A DNA stretch of 64,000 nucleotides from Lingula anatina (Eukaryota > Animalia > Brachiopoda), in NCBI GenBank assembly GCA_051362555.1, contig CM120640.1, positions 54,662,788 to 54,726,787 on the forward strand. The letters run 5' to 3'. The position numbers were made by a program, and so were the translations under genes. This document shows, one piece after another, positions 43,001 to 53,538 of this stretch (position 1 is its first letter; each line of letters opens with the position of its first letter). Under the pieces are notes generated by a model. That model was not told the origin of the DNA. It made no database searches and saw only the letters and a program-made list of their open reading frames with translations.

Positions 43001-43691
43001 CGAGTTGAGCCATGGCTTTACAAATCCTGGAACTAAATATGGCAGACGTACATGAAAGAAAAACCGCCTAATCTTTTAATAGTCTCTCCCCCTCTCACAC
43101 GCCTCCCCATGTGTCGTCCCAATGGAGCCGAGATTAAATGACTGTACCCCCGCAGGGACGATGCATGGGGAGGCGTGAGAGGCGGAGAGACTATTAAAAG
43201 ATTAGGAGGTTTTTCTTTCATGTACGTCCACCATATATAGTTCCAGGATTTGTAAAGCCATGGCTCAACTCGTTGTGAATGCGATCTAAGTGACTTATAT
43301 TCTGCAAATCAAAAAACTGTAGTTTTCAGAACACCTCTAAGTACAGCATGTTGGGCAAATAGCACTGACCACAATACTACAGTTAAATCATATAAGACTA
43401 CGGACATTTGTGCTGGTCACCGTTTCTAAAGATATTGGAAGTTCAAGCAGCCAAAGTATATAATGTACTTCAACATGTACTTTAATGTTCCATACGATTT
43501 TAAGATAGTCAACTTATCTGAGCTTTCTTTTACCTAACATGCCCAAACGGCCAATTCTATTTAAGAGTATCGTTTCAAGTATGTTATCATTGATGGGATC
43601 CGCTGGACAAATGCAAATTTGCCGTTATAGTTATCTAGTAAAAGTTTATTTTATTGGGTGACTTCTTATGTACCTTCGATTGGAAACCCAT
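40032..43691 (-). CDS. RPL13A: 60S ribosomal protein L13a (uL13), 7 exons
   Basis: Exons 43691-43674, 42688-42616, 41817-41752, 41451-41350, 40973-40828, 40478-40356, 40118-40032. Protein [22 protein letters not shown]...[19 protein letters not shown]...[23 protein letters not shown]...[10 protein letters not shown]...LSHEVGWKY...GYA*. Confidence 0.97.
40587..40676 (-). ncRNA. box C/D snoRNA, SNORD32/33/51 family (RPL13A intron 5)
   Basis: Terminal stem TATACTGTGAC/GCCACAGTATA; C box GTGATGA; guide CACCATCTTTCG before D' TTGA; ATGCACTCCCA before D box CTGA. Confidence 0.88.
41191..41271 (-). ncRNA. SNORD34: box C/D snoRNA SNORD34-like (RPL13A intron 4)
   Basis: Stem AGTTGGTC/GATCAACT; C box GTGATGA; guide CTTACCTACATTGT before D' TTGA, complementary to 28S ACAAUGUAGGUAAG; C' GTGATAC; D CTGA. 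Confidence 0.9.
41626..41693 (-). ncRNA. SNORD34: box C/D snoRNA SNORD34-like, divergent copy (RPL13A intron 3)
   Basis: Stem TGGTC/GACCA; C box GTGATGA; CTTACCTACATTGA; C' GTGATAG; D CTGA. The D' region is altered relative to the other copies. Confidence 0.78.
42141..42215 (-). ncRNA. SNORD34: box C/D snoRNA SNORD34-like (RPL13A intron 2)
   Basis: Stem GTTGGTC/GATCAAC; C box GTGATGT; guide TTACCTACATTGT before D' ATGA; C' GTGATGT; D CTGA. Confidence 0.88.
42808..42892 (-). ncRNA. box C/D snoRNA, SNORD32/33/51 family dual guide (RPL13A intron 1)
   Basis: Stem TCAGTGTC/GACACTGA; C box ATGATGA; TCACCATCTTTCG-T-TTGA (28S CGAAAGAUGGUGA); CATGCACTACCA-A-CTGA (18S UGGUGGUGCAUG). Confidence 0.9.
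42987..43286. mobile_element. PIF/Harbinger-type palindromic MITE (family A) in RPL13A intron 1
   Basis: GATCGCATTCACAACGAGTTGAGCC...GGCTCAACTCGTTGTGAATGCGATC; ~130-bp near-perfect arms; TAA target-site duplication (42984-86, 43287-89); core shared with the 15769 copy. Confidence 0.9.
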
Positions 43692-43695
43692 GGTG

Positions 43696-43731
43696 GATGA
43701 AAGAGACCAGCTACGGGGTTTAACTTCCGCC
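43696..43731 (-). promoter_or_regulatory. TCT/5'TOP initiator and ETS site of RPL13A
   Basis: Minus strand GGCGGAAGT (43731-43723), then TCTCTTTCATCC immediately before CACC-ATG; typical ribosomal-protein promoter. Confidence 0.75.
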
Positions 43732-46545
43732 TTTATCTGGTGGCCGGATATTTTGATAACAGAGACCTCTCGCGGATTGCAATAGTGAAGCAACGTGATC
43801 AGCAAAGGCACTACTCATGGGATAACATTTGAAAGGCAGCGGGGACTCTAAAACAACTGTTCAAAGATATTTTGATATGGTTATTATTATTTGTTTCGAT
43901 TGTTTGTTATATCAGAAGGTAAATTATCCCATAGCTTTGGTGCATAAATCATGAAAAATGTTCGCCATAATGTTTGTAAGTTTTTTCTTTAGGCTAAACC
44001 AGCTGCAGAATGTTGTAAAAGTAAATGATTAAAAGAAGTCCCTAAGTAATGGGCCCTGTTGATGTGGTTGAAAAAGTTGTGAAATGTTTTGTGGTTTCTT
44101 TTCTGTGAATGCTTTATAAATTACATTTTAAATGAAAGACAGCCAGACGTATGTTTTCAATAAAATACCGCTGGGCCATTGATATAATTAACTCTACCAA
44201 CTTTGAATGGTCAAATCTACCAAACCAAGAGAAAACGTAGGAAAATCAACACCCCGTAGGTAGCACGCGAATTAACAATAACCACCGACATTCCCCACCC
44301 CTTAACTTCCTGCAATTTCTCAATTTATACAACAGCTAATAATGTTGTATAATTTTTCACACAGCCCCTCAGCTATGTCATTTTGGTTTCTTCAACATAG
44401 AAGTAAAGGGGTACTGTAATTATTTTAATGATATAGGCCTATAGTCCATGTCAAGTGTAAGCCTAATTGGCACTTCTGTGATTTCAAAATGTGCTATCTT
44501 ATTTTTCACTTGAGCAAACAATTACACCATTTGACAGCGGTGGGGAATTGTCTTGCAAGTCGATGCGGCTGAAGTCCCTACGTTCTATTTTGGAACGTAC
44601 CAAATGATTTATGTGTAGGCCTAATAAGATAGGGGAGGCAGCAGTCTGACCACAGGGCCTATATGAAATCAAATCAACGTAACGTAGGTCCTTTTTGGTT
44701 TACCTTTTTATTTTATTTTATTCCCCGGTTTGTTTTAGATGATTAGTTAATACATTATAGAACGACATTTTATATGCAGATTGATCTGAAAGCTCGCTTT
44801 GGAAAACATTTTGTCAGTCATTCATTAAATAGATCACGATTCAAGACTGGTTATATACACTTATTTTGATATTTTCATCATCTTACCGGGTTTTAAGATT
44901 GTTTATCCGTTTACATATCGAAGTGTAAAAACAAAGCGAAAGAGAAAAGCACGTATTTTGGGAAAGGCGCGATTTTTAGGAATAAAATAACAGTTATGTA
45001 AATTTACAGGGAGTTGCGCAGTTGTTGTATGCAGTCATTCACACGCATTCAGATGTTATTGCACATCCCTATCTCTGTTCCTGATCAAAGTCGCGAGGTT
45101 AAAAAACAAGTTATAGCAGACTTTCTTCCCAGACTTTAATTCATTTTCACACGCCATAGTTCCGATTACGGAAAGCCACAAGGTGCAAGATCGGTATAAA
45201 TTATTTTTTAATCCTGATAACATCATTGTATATTATCTGTCGGTTCTGCCTTGCACATTTTGTTAACTCTAGAGACTGTCAAACACCGGAATCAATTTGA
45301 AAGTGCATGCTTTTTTTTTAGTTTTTATAATTTTTAGATATTAATATGTAGATATTTAGATATTAGTATGTTTGGTCGTGAAACTTTGATATCAAAACAG
45401 TAACTTTATAATGGAATATTTTAATATGTATAATAATTTTAGACCATAATTTTGGGCGCAGTTTAGACTTTGAAAACGATCAAAGACGCAAGTTAGATAA
45501 AATAAAAAGACGAATAATAGGCGCAAAATATTCCCGATTTTGCCGACCACCTTTTCCTACTTGCTCAATGTCAAAATGTTCCATTCATTAAAAACTAATC
45601 AAACGCGTTTTCTTGAATGAAATTTAAATTTCGTCGGATTTTTACCAATTTCAAAATTTGACTACTTTTCGATATTGCCGCAATCCCATTAAACATGTCA
45701 AGGCAGCACAATTTATTTATATGTTCTTGGTTGTGAGTTAAAAAGAAAATACAGCTGGTTCTGTAAAGAAAAAAAGAAAATCTAACACAGAGGTTATGTT
45801 ATAAATCCCCGTTGGAAGGAAATAGCGTAAACCCGTTAGGTCTAATTTGTCAAACTCTCCATTATCGGCAATTTTATCTCGGTTTCAAATATATCTTTTT
45901 AGCCGTGGGTGCGTAAATTTGATCTTTGTTTAGATATGTAAAATTGTTTCTTGATGACTGCTAATTGTATCCTAATTGAATTTTAGGGAAGACCGCACTT
46001 ATTTTTCTTCGCGTCACTAACTTCCCTGAGGTGAGAGCCACTGCTGTGTCAACGAGGTCCAACCAACCACGAAGCTTTCATAAACTTGTCTCGACACTAT
46101 AATTTGTCGTACGCCTTTTTCCTTATCTCCCGTGTCGTCCACTCCTCTTCCCCTCTACTTAGAGCAGAGTGCCGGTGCATTCCTATTCAGTACGTCAGTG
46201 TTTTTTCAAGCTAAAAGGTGAGATTTAATCTTTTCTAGTCTGCTATGTACAAAACACACATACCGAGGAGTTACCTTTGTGTGCTGTGTACAAATTGTAA
46301 CAAACATTGGAGTAAGGCCGTAATCGGATACTTTAGGGCAATACTATCGGATTCATAAACTTGTAACTTCAAAATACGACTTTCTCCTGCCATTTGTGGC
46401 TTATTTGTTATACTGTTTGACTCCGCATAAAACATCATATATCTATTTATGCTTAGGTTAATACAAGTTAGAAATTCGATCTGTCACTGATCTGTTCTTA
46501 TGTTTTCCCCTTTTGATGAGGCTGTAATCCAAGTAGCGATGCTCC

Positions 46546-46552
46546 TATAAAA
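46546..46552 (+). promoter_or_regulatory. candidate TATA box for FJX1
   Basis: CCTATAAAAGG ~1.2 kb upstream of the ATG; a second TATAAAA lies at 47256. The TSS cannot be determined from sequence. Confidence 0.3.
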
Positions 46553-47719
46553 GGCCGCTCGTCTGTGCATGGTCGCTTATCAGACAGGACTAGTAAATTA
46601 AAGCGGCTTTGTTGTGGAGAGAGGTCCCCCAGTCTGAGCAACAGAAGAAGCGTAACAAAAGTTGCATTTGCTCAACGAGACAATGGACTGAATAAGCTAG
46701 GATCGCGGGGAGGCCTACCGTCTTCTATCTGCCTGTTTTCTTAATCTAAACTCCTTTCAGTCGAGCTAGCGAGTAAGAAAATCTTCAACAACTCATTACA
46801 GGTACGCTTGAAAAGCTATGAATGGCGGAACTCTGAACAGACCTGCGCACTCCGATAAAACATTTAATTAAAAGTGCGTAGCCTACTGTTTGAACCTCTT
46901 ATTGAGAACTTGGAGAGATGCGAGGAGGACAGATCTTTTAAACTCCCCCAAGCCTGTCGGGTTTTACAATCACTGAGAGTCTTCTATCTACCCCTAGTTT
47001 TGGGTCGTCCAATCGATTTTGGCACAGGTGTACGCCTTTAATCATAGTCGACCGAGCGTGGACGACCAAAACATCGGTACAATCAATAGAAGAACTGAAA
47101 CGAGGGGACATTGGAATGTTACACCTCTAATGCAGGTGGGTGTACTCGGAGACAGAAGCTCTATAAGAATATTTATTTGACAAACTCAAGTGGGAAATCG
47201 GGACTTCTCACACCTTAATGAGGTCGACAGGTGATGTGCGTTTTGTAATTGGACCTATAAAATATAGGCGGCTCAGATTCATGGCGAGCTTTTTTGATCG
47301 GTGTGTAAATCGAAGCCAGTCTTTTTCTCTCAAGTACCCAGCTGTGAGGCAGTAGTTTCAAAGGCATAATACCGGTGGACTCACCAAGTGGACTGAATAA
47401 CGTCGCCTAGATACACACTTGTTCACTAGATTTTCAACTGCATATCCAGCTTAAAGGTAGTACATTATTGGCGGGTTATACACAAATTGAAGAGGTATCG
47501 CAACGACCTTATTAGGAGATTGTCGCTTCCAGCGTGGATATATCAAACCAAGCTTGCAAACATATCATAATAAGTGCCTTCAAAATCTAGCTTGAAATGG
47601 AAACTACGTGATACGGTATACATTGACTGTCTCAAGACCATGTTTCATAAATACAGTGCGGTGTGAACTGAAGGAGAAGACATTTGCAACAGCCTACGGT
47701 GGCCTTGTGAATTTACAAT

Positions 47720-49315
47720 ATGCCATTGAAATCCAGCACTCTGTTGATGGCAGGAATTGCATTTACGTTTGGTATGCTGCTGGGGTTGTTACTCCAGCTG
47801 CCGGGTGTCGCCCTTCCCCACAGTGACACAGCTCAGATTGCCAATACCCATGGGGCAATGGCTGGCGTTCACACCTTCCACAAGAGGGCCATAAAAACTG
47901 TTGGTGCAGCGAATGAAAATGCGTTCGATATCCCTTTTATTCGCGAGCAAGGCAGAAAGATACCCGCAGCCTTGTTAAATTCACCCAATAGTGCACCGAT
48001 GGACGAGAGGAAAGAAAACAGCGGTCATAATGCACGTCTAACAAACCGTGCTGATCCAAAATACACCTCTGGGCTGGTGGAGGACCCTCAAAACAACCAC
48101 CTGGAAATTGAAGCAAAAAAGGAAGAGCTGCACCCGGACACATATCATAAAAAACGCCAAGATGATTTAATTTATGAAAGCGAAGAATCCATTCCAGTGT
48201 TTGCGGATGTAGATTCCGCCCGACAAAGTGTCATCATATCTTCCCAAGACCAAAAGCCTGTAAAACCACACGATCGCCAACCATCTCTCGAAAAACCTTT
48301 ACTTATAGACGGTCATTTGTTGAATAATATATCATTAACATTAGCCAACAGAGTAATTGTCGAGAATATTAATGATGTCGTTAAAGGAATATATTGGAGT
48401 GACCGTTTGGAGAAAGTGACTCCTAGATTTCATAATCTTGAGATTGAAAATTGGAAAAAATTTGCAAGAAATACTAAAATTGTCAAATTGGAAGAAGGCT
48501 GTGGCAGAATGCAAAATCGTCTGGCAACCTTCATTGACGCAACAAAAGCGTGCATTCGTTACAGAATAAACACAGACCAAATTCAAGGAGAAATATTCTC
48601 ATATTATCTCAGCAAACTGCTGAAGATTAAAAATTTACCGCCCTCCATTTTGGGTATGGTTAACAGTAATAAACAACAGTGGGAGGGTGTCCTAAAAGAA
48701 ATTGTCCTTTCACACTGGTATCCAGACAAAGTGTTCGTCATTTCCCAGTGGATAAATGACTTGTCACCAGCATACATTCCCCCTGATTTTAGAGAAGAAT
48801 CTAGGAAACTCACCCCCACCAAAGGAGTATTAAAAAACAAGACAGTGTCGGAATTGATAGAACTTGTGCAATGGTCGGACTTAATCGTGCTTGATTATTT
48901 GACTGCCAATCTAGACAGGGTTGTAAATAATATGTTCAACCGACAATGGAATGCTCATATCATGGAAGGACCTGCTCATAATCTTGAAAAATCTACACGG
49001 ACAGGGTTACTAACATTTTTTGACAATGAATCCGGTCTATTTCATGGCTATCGCCTTCTAGATAAATATTCACATTTTCACGAAACATTGCTCAACTCCC
49101 TGTGCATTTTCCGCCGCTCTACTGCAGAGATAATTGAAGATCTTCACGAAAATGGAGATGTCAGCGAACGATTGTCCGCCATATTCCTACTGGAAGAACC
49201 AGATCTGCAAAAATGGTTGCCCAAGATACCACTACAAAATATCAAGATTTTGAAATCTAGGATTTCTGATGTGTATTCTCGTATCCAGAAATGCAGAGCA
49301 GAGTATGGAGGGTAA
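47720..49315 (+). CDS. FJX1: four-jointed Golgi kinase, single coding exon
   Basis: 531-aa ORF; N-terminal TM/signal; GCGRMQNRL, CIRYRINTDQIQGEIFSYYL, LVQWSDLIVLDYLTANLDRVVNN and the DNE(SG) catalytic motif are diagnostic of Four-jointed. Confidence 0.95.
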   Translation: MPLKSSTLLMAGIAFTFGMLLGLLLQLPGVALPHSDTAQIANTHGAMAGVHTFHKRAIKTVGAANENAFDIPFIREQGRKIPAALLNSPNSAPMDERKENSGHNARLTNRADPKYTSGLVEDPQNNHLEIEAKKEELHPDTYHKKRQDDLIYESEESIPVFADVDSARQSVIISSQDQKPVKPHDRQPSLEKPLLIDGHLLNNISLTLANRVIVENINDVVKGIYWSDRLEKVTPRFHNLEIENWKKFARNTKIVKLEEGCGRMQNRLATFIDATKACIRYRINTDQIQGEIFSYYLSKLLKIKNLPPSILGMVNSNKQQWEGVLKEIVLSHWYPDKVFVISQWINDLSPAYIPPDFREESRKLTPTKGVLKNKTVSELIELVQWSDLIVLDYLTANLDRVVNNMFNRQWNAHIMEGPAHNLEKSTRTGLLTFFDNESGLFHGYRLLDKYSHFHETLLNSLCIFRRSTAEIIEDLHENGDVSERLSAIFLLEEPDLQKWLPKIPLQNIKILKSRISDVYSRIQKCRAEYGG

Positions 49316-52300
49316 GGGTAAATTATTAACCAAAAACATTCGCAGTTGTTTATTATTATTATTATTTTCCATTTATTTATTTATCATATTCTCTCTGTCT
49401 TCAATTACTTTTTACTTCCCCACCGAAGGCAAAATGTTGCCTCTAGAATTGAATTAAGCGTAGGTCTTTTTGCTTCATCTTAGAAAATAAGAATTGAATA
49501 CAGCGTAATCTTGCCGTCACGATATTAGAATGATTGAAATGCAGAAAAGCGATCGTATCTTAAGGCTACTTTCCACATACTATTTAAGTTATTCTGTGAT
49601 CATATTAACATCACTAATGCAATGGGCGATCTCAAAGAACAAATCAATGGAGTTGCACTTATTTACCTTGAGGAATGACCTAAAAACCTATTGATGATGT
49701 TTGATTTTCAGTTTCTAGTTATTGATGTGGCTTCACATCGAATTTTTGGTGTTAGAATCTTTGTTGTGGGTGTAAGAATTGTTGAGATTGAAAGCGTGCC
49801 TCTCTTTTCCATATGGTACTGGATTGACACCTTTGAACTGTAAATGCCAGCCTATCTCAGATGTCATGTTTTTGGAGTCCAGTGCGAAACAAAATATGTT
49901 TCACCCACAATACCCTTTTGGATTGTGGTCCTTCTTTGTCATAGCGTGCAAATTACACTGGATACTTGCTATTTATCACAATATGATCCGAAAACTTACA
50001 AATAGCGTGATGATAAAAATAATAAACAAATCAACCACGGCTGACTGACTGTAAGCTAGAACAGTTTTGATTTTGTTGTATTTAAATTAATTTTTTCAAT
50101 ATATAAGAATTGTCTTCTACGAATTTTCAACATGTTTTCTTTCATTTCTTTGTTTTATAAAAGCTGAATGCTGCAACGAAAACCATTCGATTTTTGGCAC
50201 ATAATCTGTTGGATGTCTGGATATCCCTCTAATTTTAAATCTTTTGTAGGGCCCTATCTGTAAAATAAATTTTGACATCTCTTAGCATGAACGGTCATTC
50301 TTAAAAGATGTCTTTTTATTTGGAAACAAGCCTGTAAAACGTTTATTGCCACACCAAATCAAGCATTTTTGGATACTCGTTGAAAACAGACGTCAAGTTT
50401 GACGTATTTAACAGGTGAGGAAAAGGACCTATTCGAGAAAGAATTTTGACTCCTGCCAGAGCGAATTTTTCTCCTCCCATCTGCGTGGTTTGGATCTGCC
50501 TGATTGATGTTTAAGGAGATAGATTTTTAAAAAAGAAAGAAAAATACACACGTGTGCTCTGGAGTCATTTTCTAATTTGAATTTGATTTTTGAATACAAA
50601 GGATAAAATTTTCATAAACAAAGGATAACATTTTGGATTTTAATCTTAATTGATTAACTGAAATTACATTTAAAGTATTTTCAACCTTTTTTCGGGGGTT
50701 TTAAGTATCGTGATTAGCGTGCGTGTGGCAAAATGTTTACTAAGATTGTATAATAGCGCAGTTTTTCTCTCGCGGCACGCACGGTTGCTGAATTACGTCT
50801 CACACCTTTCAATCAGATTTTGTGAAAGTGGCAACTAATTGCACCAGTAAGAGCGAGCCTCAGTCACATTATACGGACCGCCAAATTAACGTGCCATACC
50901 TGTTTTATTTGAGTTATCAAATAATCAGGTGTTTTGACGGAAGCCAAACTTCTTTGTATTTCACAAAATAATTGTTCTCCCGTGTTATTATCTGAATGCA
51001 TGGAATGCTCCCTCAAGCTTGCTCCGTTTTTCAATGATTATTCTAAACCAAGAACCTTTTCAAAATTATTAGTCTTCATCTACAACTGCTAATTTCATCA
51101 CATTTTAGAGAGCAGACGTAATGCGGACGTTACATTATACAGTAGTTGACGGACGTTGTGATTCACGTCTCTTCCCCACAAAACGGTTAATCAAAAGAGG
51201 TCACCATTATTTTGAACTATACCAGTCAGTGAATGGCAACATTTCTTTACTGTATTTGCACGCAATGACGTATTGCCAAACAATCCGCTCTCTTGTGATT
51301 CAAAGTGTTAATTTTAATTCTTAAGTTTCAAATTAATGAAAAGAGCACCGAGTACGAGTCCTAGTGGGTTTAATTCTCAGTGTATGTATCAAGAACTGCA
51401 TTGGTTTGTTCTACAGCGTCCATTGTCGTGAGCATATTTATTGTTCAAATATCCGAGAATTAGCGATATAAACTAAGATCATTGTTGGTATGGGTTAGTT
51501 CACAAATCTGTGGACAAAGCTTATGAAAACCGCCTTGGTAAGGGTTGGAAACATACATAAAATTATCTCACTTTATACGCCTTATTTCTTTGTTGACTGA
51601 AATGAATAGCACTTGTAAAGCATTGAAGTGTTAACATAACATGTAAACAGAAAATGTATTTAAGACAATAGGCGAAAACCGTTCCAGAGGGGCTGTGTAT
51701 TTATTTTCTTAACATAACAAGCTTTTATGTTAGACTATGTGCATGTATTTCATTAGTAACGGGGGTGAAAAGCATGCATTGAAGTTGACCTGTCCCCCGT
51801 CTGAGCTCATATATCCATCAATGGTCGTGTTTTAACTTTGTCAGGTGTTTTTCAGTGCGTTTGTCGCACCTCTGCGCGATCATGACAGAAAGGAATGTTA
51901 AGTGACCTTATGATTGGCGTGTGGAAATGTGAAAAATTTTTCCAACTTGAATTTCATTTTGTATCAGTTTTCCTATATATCGATAGTTTTGTTATTGATG
52001 GCGTTAATTTTGCCCTCTTGCTATTTAAAAGAGATTTCGGTTTATTCACTTAACTTCACTTTGCTCATGCGGTAAAAGGAATGTGTCTTTTAAAACTAAT
52101 ATTGAAATTGAAAATATTTAACCAAACGGTAACTACCACGTAACAAAATCCATTCCTTAAAATACATATTTCAACCACTGCCTGCATAGTTCATGGTGTA
52201 GTGGGCTGTATGCACAGTCCTTGTAATAACAAGCTTCCACAGTATATATATTCTTTGATAAATTTCAATGGGGTCATACCCTGTAATGTTTGCTAACTGA

Positions 52301-53493
52301 GATTTTCAACACGTGAGGTTGTTTGGGTTTTAAGTTTGAGGAACTGGTGCGAAACTGTAATCGCTATTCCAGCACTTTTGCTCTTCCTTATATATGTCTA
52401 ATTTCTTTCTAATATTTTAGAGACAAATTAGAAAAAAGAGCCCAGAATGTTTCCAACCCTCCATTTCTGTTTATGATGTCAAATAATGCAAGATGATTGT
52501 AAATTTTAAGAGGTTGCACGCAATTTTTATAACTGTGTAGTAACTGTGTAAACATATTTATTTAAGAGTATCAACATGACAAAATATTAGGACGAACATT
52601 GTTATTTTGGTGACAGTGGCATTTGTATTATGATGATGGCGATCACACAGGTCTCTAGGTTACCACGTTAAGTGAATTCGATGCATAATGCTGTACGACT
52701 TCTTCGAATAGAGAGCTGTTAGACTTCACATATTGATTCGACCTTTGTTTCGTTTATACAAATGGTTACTCTTAACAGACTGGAGACATTGGGATTAAGT
52801 CTAACAATATCAAATTTTGTGACTTGCAAAACCATCATTGTTGTCAAGCATATGACATCGCCCTGGCTTATATCAGTGCACTTAGACCTACCAGGCGGCT
52901 TGGATGAAATTTCAGATATTTAAATGGCAAAACCTAAGTGCCTATCATTTGAATAAGAGCTTGTATGTAATTTTAATTTGATTCTTATATACTAAATTAG
53001 TTTTTGTTCTCCATCCATCGCCTCACTGACACTATAACACTATAGATGGTTTTTCGTAGAAGCACGTTCATGACATTTTCCCTTGCTCAAAACCTGTTAG
53101 TGAAGTTAGTGTTATATGTATTTCATAACTGTCATTTTCGGGTGCTTTTTGTTTAACGTCTATGACACCAATATGTGTGTAAATAATGTATATGTGCTCA
53201 AACTGATTTTAAATGCTGGCTAAATACATGACGCAGTGGGTACAGTGAGCTTGTAACATAAAGTCAGTTATGCTGTTTTAGAGTCAGTTAATAATATAAA
53301 CGCATTTACTGCTGTTTTATCGTCTTCAAAACAAATTGTTGTAAAAGCAGATTTCATAAATGACCGCTGCTTGCCGAATTCAGATCCACTGTTTATGTTG
53401 TTTTGGTACATTTTTGTTGTAATTTAATAAATAATCTGATTTATATTAATTTGTTCGTCTCTCTTTCAACTCTTTTGAATAGTGCTTGCAGAC

Positions 53494-53538
53494 CTCTCTC
53501 TCCTCGCACCCCCCCCCCCCCCCCTCTTTCTCTCTCTC
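53494..53538. repeat. polypyrimidine tract (C-run plus CT repeats)
   Basis: CTCTCTCTCC...C17...TTTCTCTCTCTC. Confidence 0.8.

Noticed and set aside
43033-43221. [15 protein letters not shown], also at 15989-16249
   Set aside because: Lies within the arms of a palindromic MITE; not a gene family.
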